Shown one piece after another: positions 62,711 to 64,000 of a stretch of 64,000 bases of DNA; the first letter of the stretch is position 1; the number at the start of each line of letters is the position of its first letter. Source of the DNA: Candidatus Avelusimicrobium sp. Lineage in GTDB: Bacteria > Elusimicrobiota > Elusimicrobia > Elusimicrobiales > Elusimicrobiaceae. The notes under the pieces were generated by a model, which was not told the origin of the DNA, did no database searches, and worked only from the letters and a program-made list of their open reading frames with translations. A program made the position numbers and the translations under genes. The stretch spans positions 1,697 through 65,696 of the forward strand of contig NZ_JBJEGE010000002.1 of the NCBI RefSeq assembly GCF_051874775.1, given 5' to 3'.

Positions 62711-63778
62711 TTAATTTTCCTCCTGATTGGATCGCGCCTCTGCGGCGGCTCCGGTTCCAGACTGCTGCACACTTTCATCACGCGCGGTTTGCCGTGCGGC
62801 CGGCTCTTCATCGGCGGACGCTTCTTGTTGCAAGGCAGAAGACGCTTCGTCCGGATCGGCAGCGGCCGGTGTGGAAGCATCCGCATTTTGCAGCGCGTCC
62901 GATTCTAACGGTTCGGGAAAGAAACTTCCGCGGTTATAACTGTTGCGCGTAAAAAACGGATCGGCGGCGGAAGAATCCAATGCTTCCAATTTTTCTTCCC
63001 CTTCCAGTTCTTCAAGCGGAATAATGGCGGGTTCGCCAATCGGCGGAAGAGGATCGCCAAACGGCAAATCTTCCTGTTTTTCGTGCAGGGTTTTGGCGGC
63101 AAACACCTGTAAATCCGGCAGCTCGGAAATTTTATTAAGCCCGAACATACGCAAAAATTCGTCCGTCGTACCGTACACCATCGGACGGCCGACCGTATCC
63201 TTTTTACCCACCACACGCACCAAGGCACGTTCTAACAGACGCTCCAACGGTCCCGCCACGTCTACACCGCGGATGGCTTCCATTTCTGCGCGGGTAATAG
63301 GCTGTTTATACGCCACAATCGCCAGCGTTTCGAGCGCGGCATTGGACAGTTTGGTGGTCATTTTTTCATTATATAAACGACGAACCCAGCGGCCGTACTC
63401 CGGTTTGGTGGACATCTGGAAACCTCCGCCGAGCTCCACAATCCGCACAGCGCGTCCCTGCGAAGCGTACTCTTCCTGAAGTTCGCGGATAATTTCACGC
63501 ACGCGGCGGGCATCAGCCGTTTCCACTACATCGGCGATGCGGCTGGGTTTGACGGGGCGGTCGGTAATGAACAAAAGGGTTTCTATGATTTTTTTCAGAT
63601 CTTCCGTTTCCACCAGCGCTCCCGACAGGGCCTCTCCGTCCGCGGCGGCAGGTCCGTTTCCACTCGCCGCATCCGTATGTGCCCGTCGTGTCTGCGGCAC
63701 GTCTTTGGTTGAAGAAGAGACTTGCTCAACATTCACTTGCGCTTCGTCTGTAACGGGTTGGATTTGTTCTTCGCTCAT
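62711..63778 (-). CDS. scpB: Segregation and condensation protein B with long N- and C-terminal extensions
   Basis: Core IIETLLFITDRPV..LSNAALETLAIVAYKQPITRAEMEAIRGVDV..GRPMVYGTTDEFL. ~60 extra aa at the N-terminus and ~110 extra Ala/Glu/Pro-rich aa at the C-terminus. Confidence 0.85.
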   Translation of the reverse strand: MSEEQIQPVTDEAQVNVEQVSSSTKDVPQTRRAHTDAASGNGPAAADGEALSGALVETEDLKKIIETLLFITDRPVKPSRIADVVETADARRVREIIRELQEEYASQGRAVRIVELGGGFQMSTKPEYGRWVRRLYNEKMTTKLSNAALETLAIVAYKQPITRAEMEAIRGVDVAGPLERLLERALVRVVGKKDTVGRPMVYGTTDEFLRMFGLNKISELPDLQVFAAKTLHEKQEDLPFGDPLPPIGEPAIIPLEELEGEEKLEALDSSAADPFFTRNSYNRGSFFPEPLESDALQNADASTPAAADPDEASSALQQEASADEEPAARQTARDESVQQSGTGAAAEARSNQEEN

Positions 63779-63798
63779 ATAAAATTCCTCCGGACGGT

Positions 63799-64000
63799 TT
63801 ACGCAGCCGAACCGTGCATCAGGGTTTTAAAATCTTTATCTTTATTTTCCGGATTTAAATAAATGCGGATTTGCCCTTCTTTCTCATCTTGCCGCGCCAA
63901 TAGTTTTTTAATTTTCATCAGCTCCAAAAGCGCCATAAAACACGTGATAATCCCGCGTTTTTTGGTTTCGCCCACAAAAATATCATCCAACAGTACCCAC
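63799..64000 (-). CDS. scpA: Segregation and condensation protein A, C-terminal part (5' end outside the window)
   Basis: Frame open to the window edge. ..RGIITCFMALLELMKIKKLLARQDEKEGQIRI.. matches the ScpA C-terminal winged helix. Confidence 0.7.
   Translation of the reverse strand, partial: WVLLDDIFVGETKKRGIITCFMALLELMKIKKLLARQDEKEGQIRIYLNPENKDKDFKTLMHGSAA

Noticed and set aside
62710-62886. 59-codon N-terminal extension of glgA given by the ORF track (start at 62886)
   Set aside because: The extension overlaps the scpB 3' end in another frame and is Arg/Pro/Lys-rich nonsense-like. The conserved GlgA N-terminus MNIVLAASEAFPFCKTGGLADV begins at 62709, behind an AGGAGG RBS.
1-64000. CRISPR arrays, tRNA/rRNA genes, IS elements, integrases, prophage or toxin-antitoxin/defence cassettes
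   Set aside because: No spaced direct-repeat array was seen, and no tRNA-like cloverleaf start (e.g. GCGGG..TAGCTCAG) occurs in any intergenic gap. No transposase, recombinase or phage signature appears in any ORF. All gaps over 100 nt are accounted for by promoters, leaders, terminators or the hairpin repeats. A dedicated tRNAscan/Infernal run would be needed to be certain.

Overview
64-kb chromosomal window, roughly 90% coding, with 49 of 56 CDS on the minus strand. It comes from a diderm bacterium. The pseudopilin N-terminus KGFTLIELLVVVLIIGILS suggests an Elusimicrobiota-like lineage, but this is inference only.

Left part (1-18.2 kb): housekeeping genes (metK, efp preceded by two tandem M24 aminopeptidases, PBP4/dacB, a MATE pump, a cold-shock protein, glutamate formimidoyltransferase, rsmA) plus two pseudopilin genes.

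Centre (18.3-47.2 kb): one long minus-strand block in two parts.
(i) A Tad/Flp-type pilus locus with unusual architecture. It has three Flp pilins (two below the 60-aa ORF-track cutoff), a TadZ-CpaF fusion ATPase, a 248-aa mini-secretin and a PorV/FadL-like OMP as first gene of the operon. It also carries a HAMP sensor, a monothiol DsbA-like protein and a three-gene two-component module. No prepilin peptidase is present.
(ii) Directly downstream, a six-gene module (18343-28779) of orphan proteins that are membrane-anchored, Ser/Gly/Ala/Asn-rich and Cys-rich. I cannot assign them to any family. This is my best candidate for an undescribed system.

Right part: a ~1,690-aa FlgD-Ig-repeat surface protein with a T9SS-like C-terminal domain, then a GAF-GGDEF (GGDEM) cyclase with a signal-peptide-less SBP-like partner. 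These are followed by tsaD, an S41 protease, envC-like/ftsX, alkaline phosphatase, glgA and scpB/scpA.

No rRNA, tRNA, CRISPR, transposase, integrase or phage genes were seen. A family of short hairpin repeats (GTCATCC[C/T]GA[A/G]...TC[G/A]GGATC) occurs in intergenic regions. It also occurs in frame inside the cleaved leader peptides of both pseudopilin genes. All calls rest on reading the sequence and on motif recognition; no searches were run.
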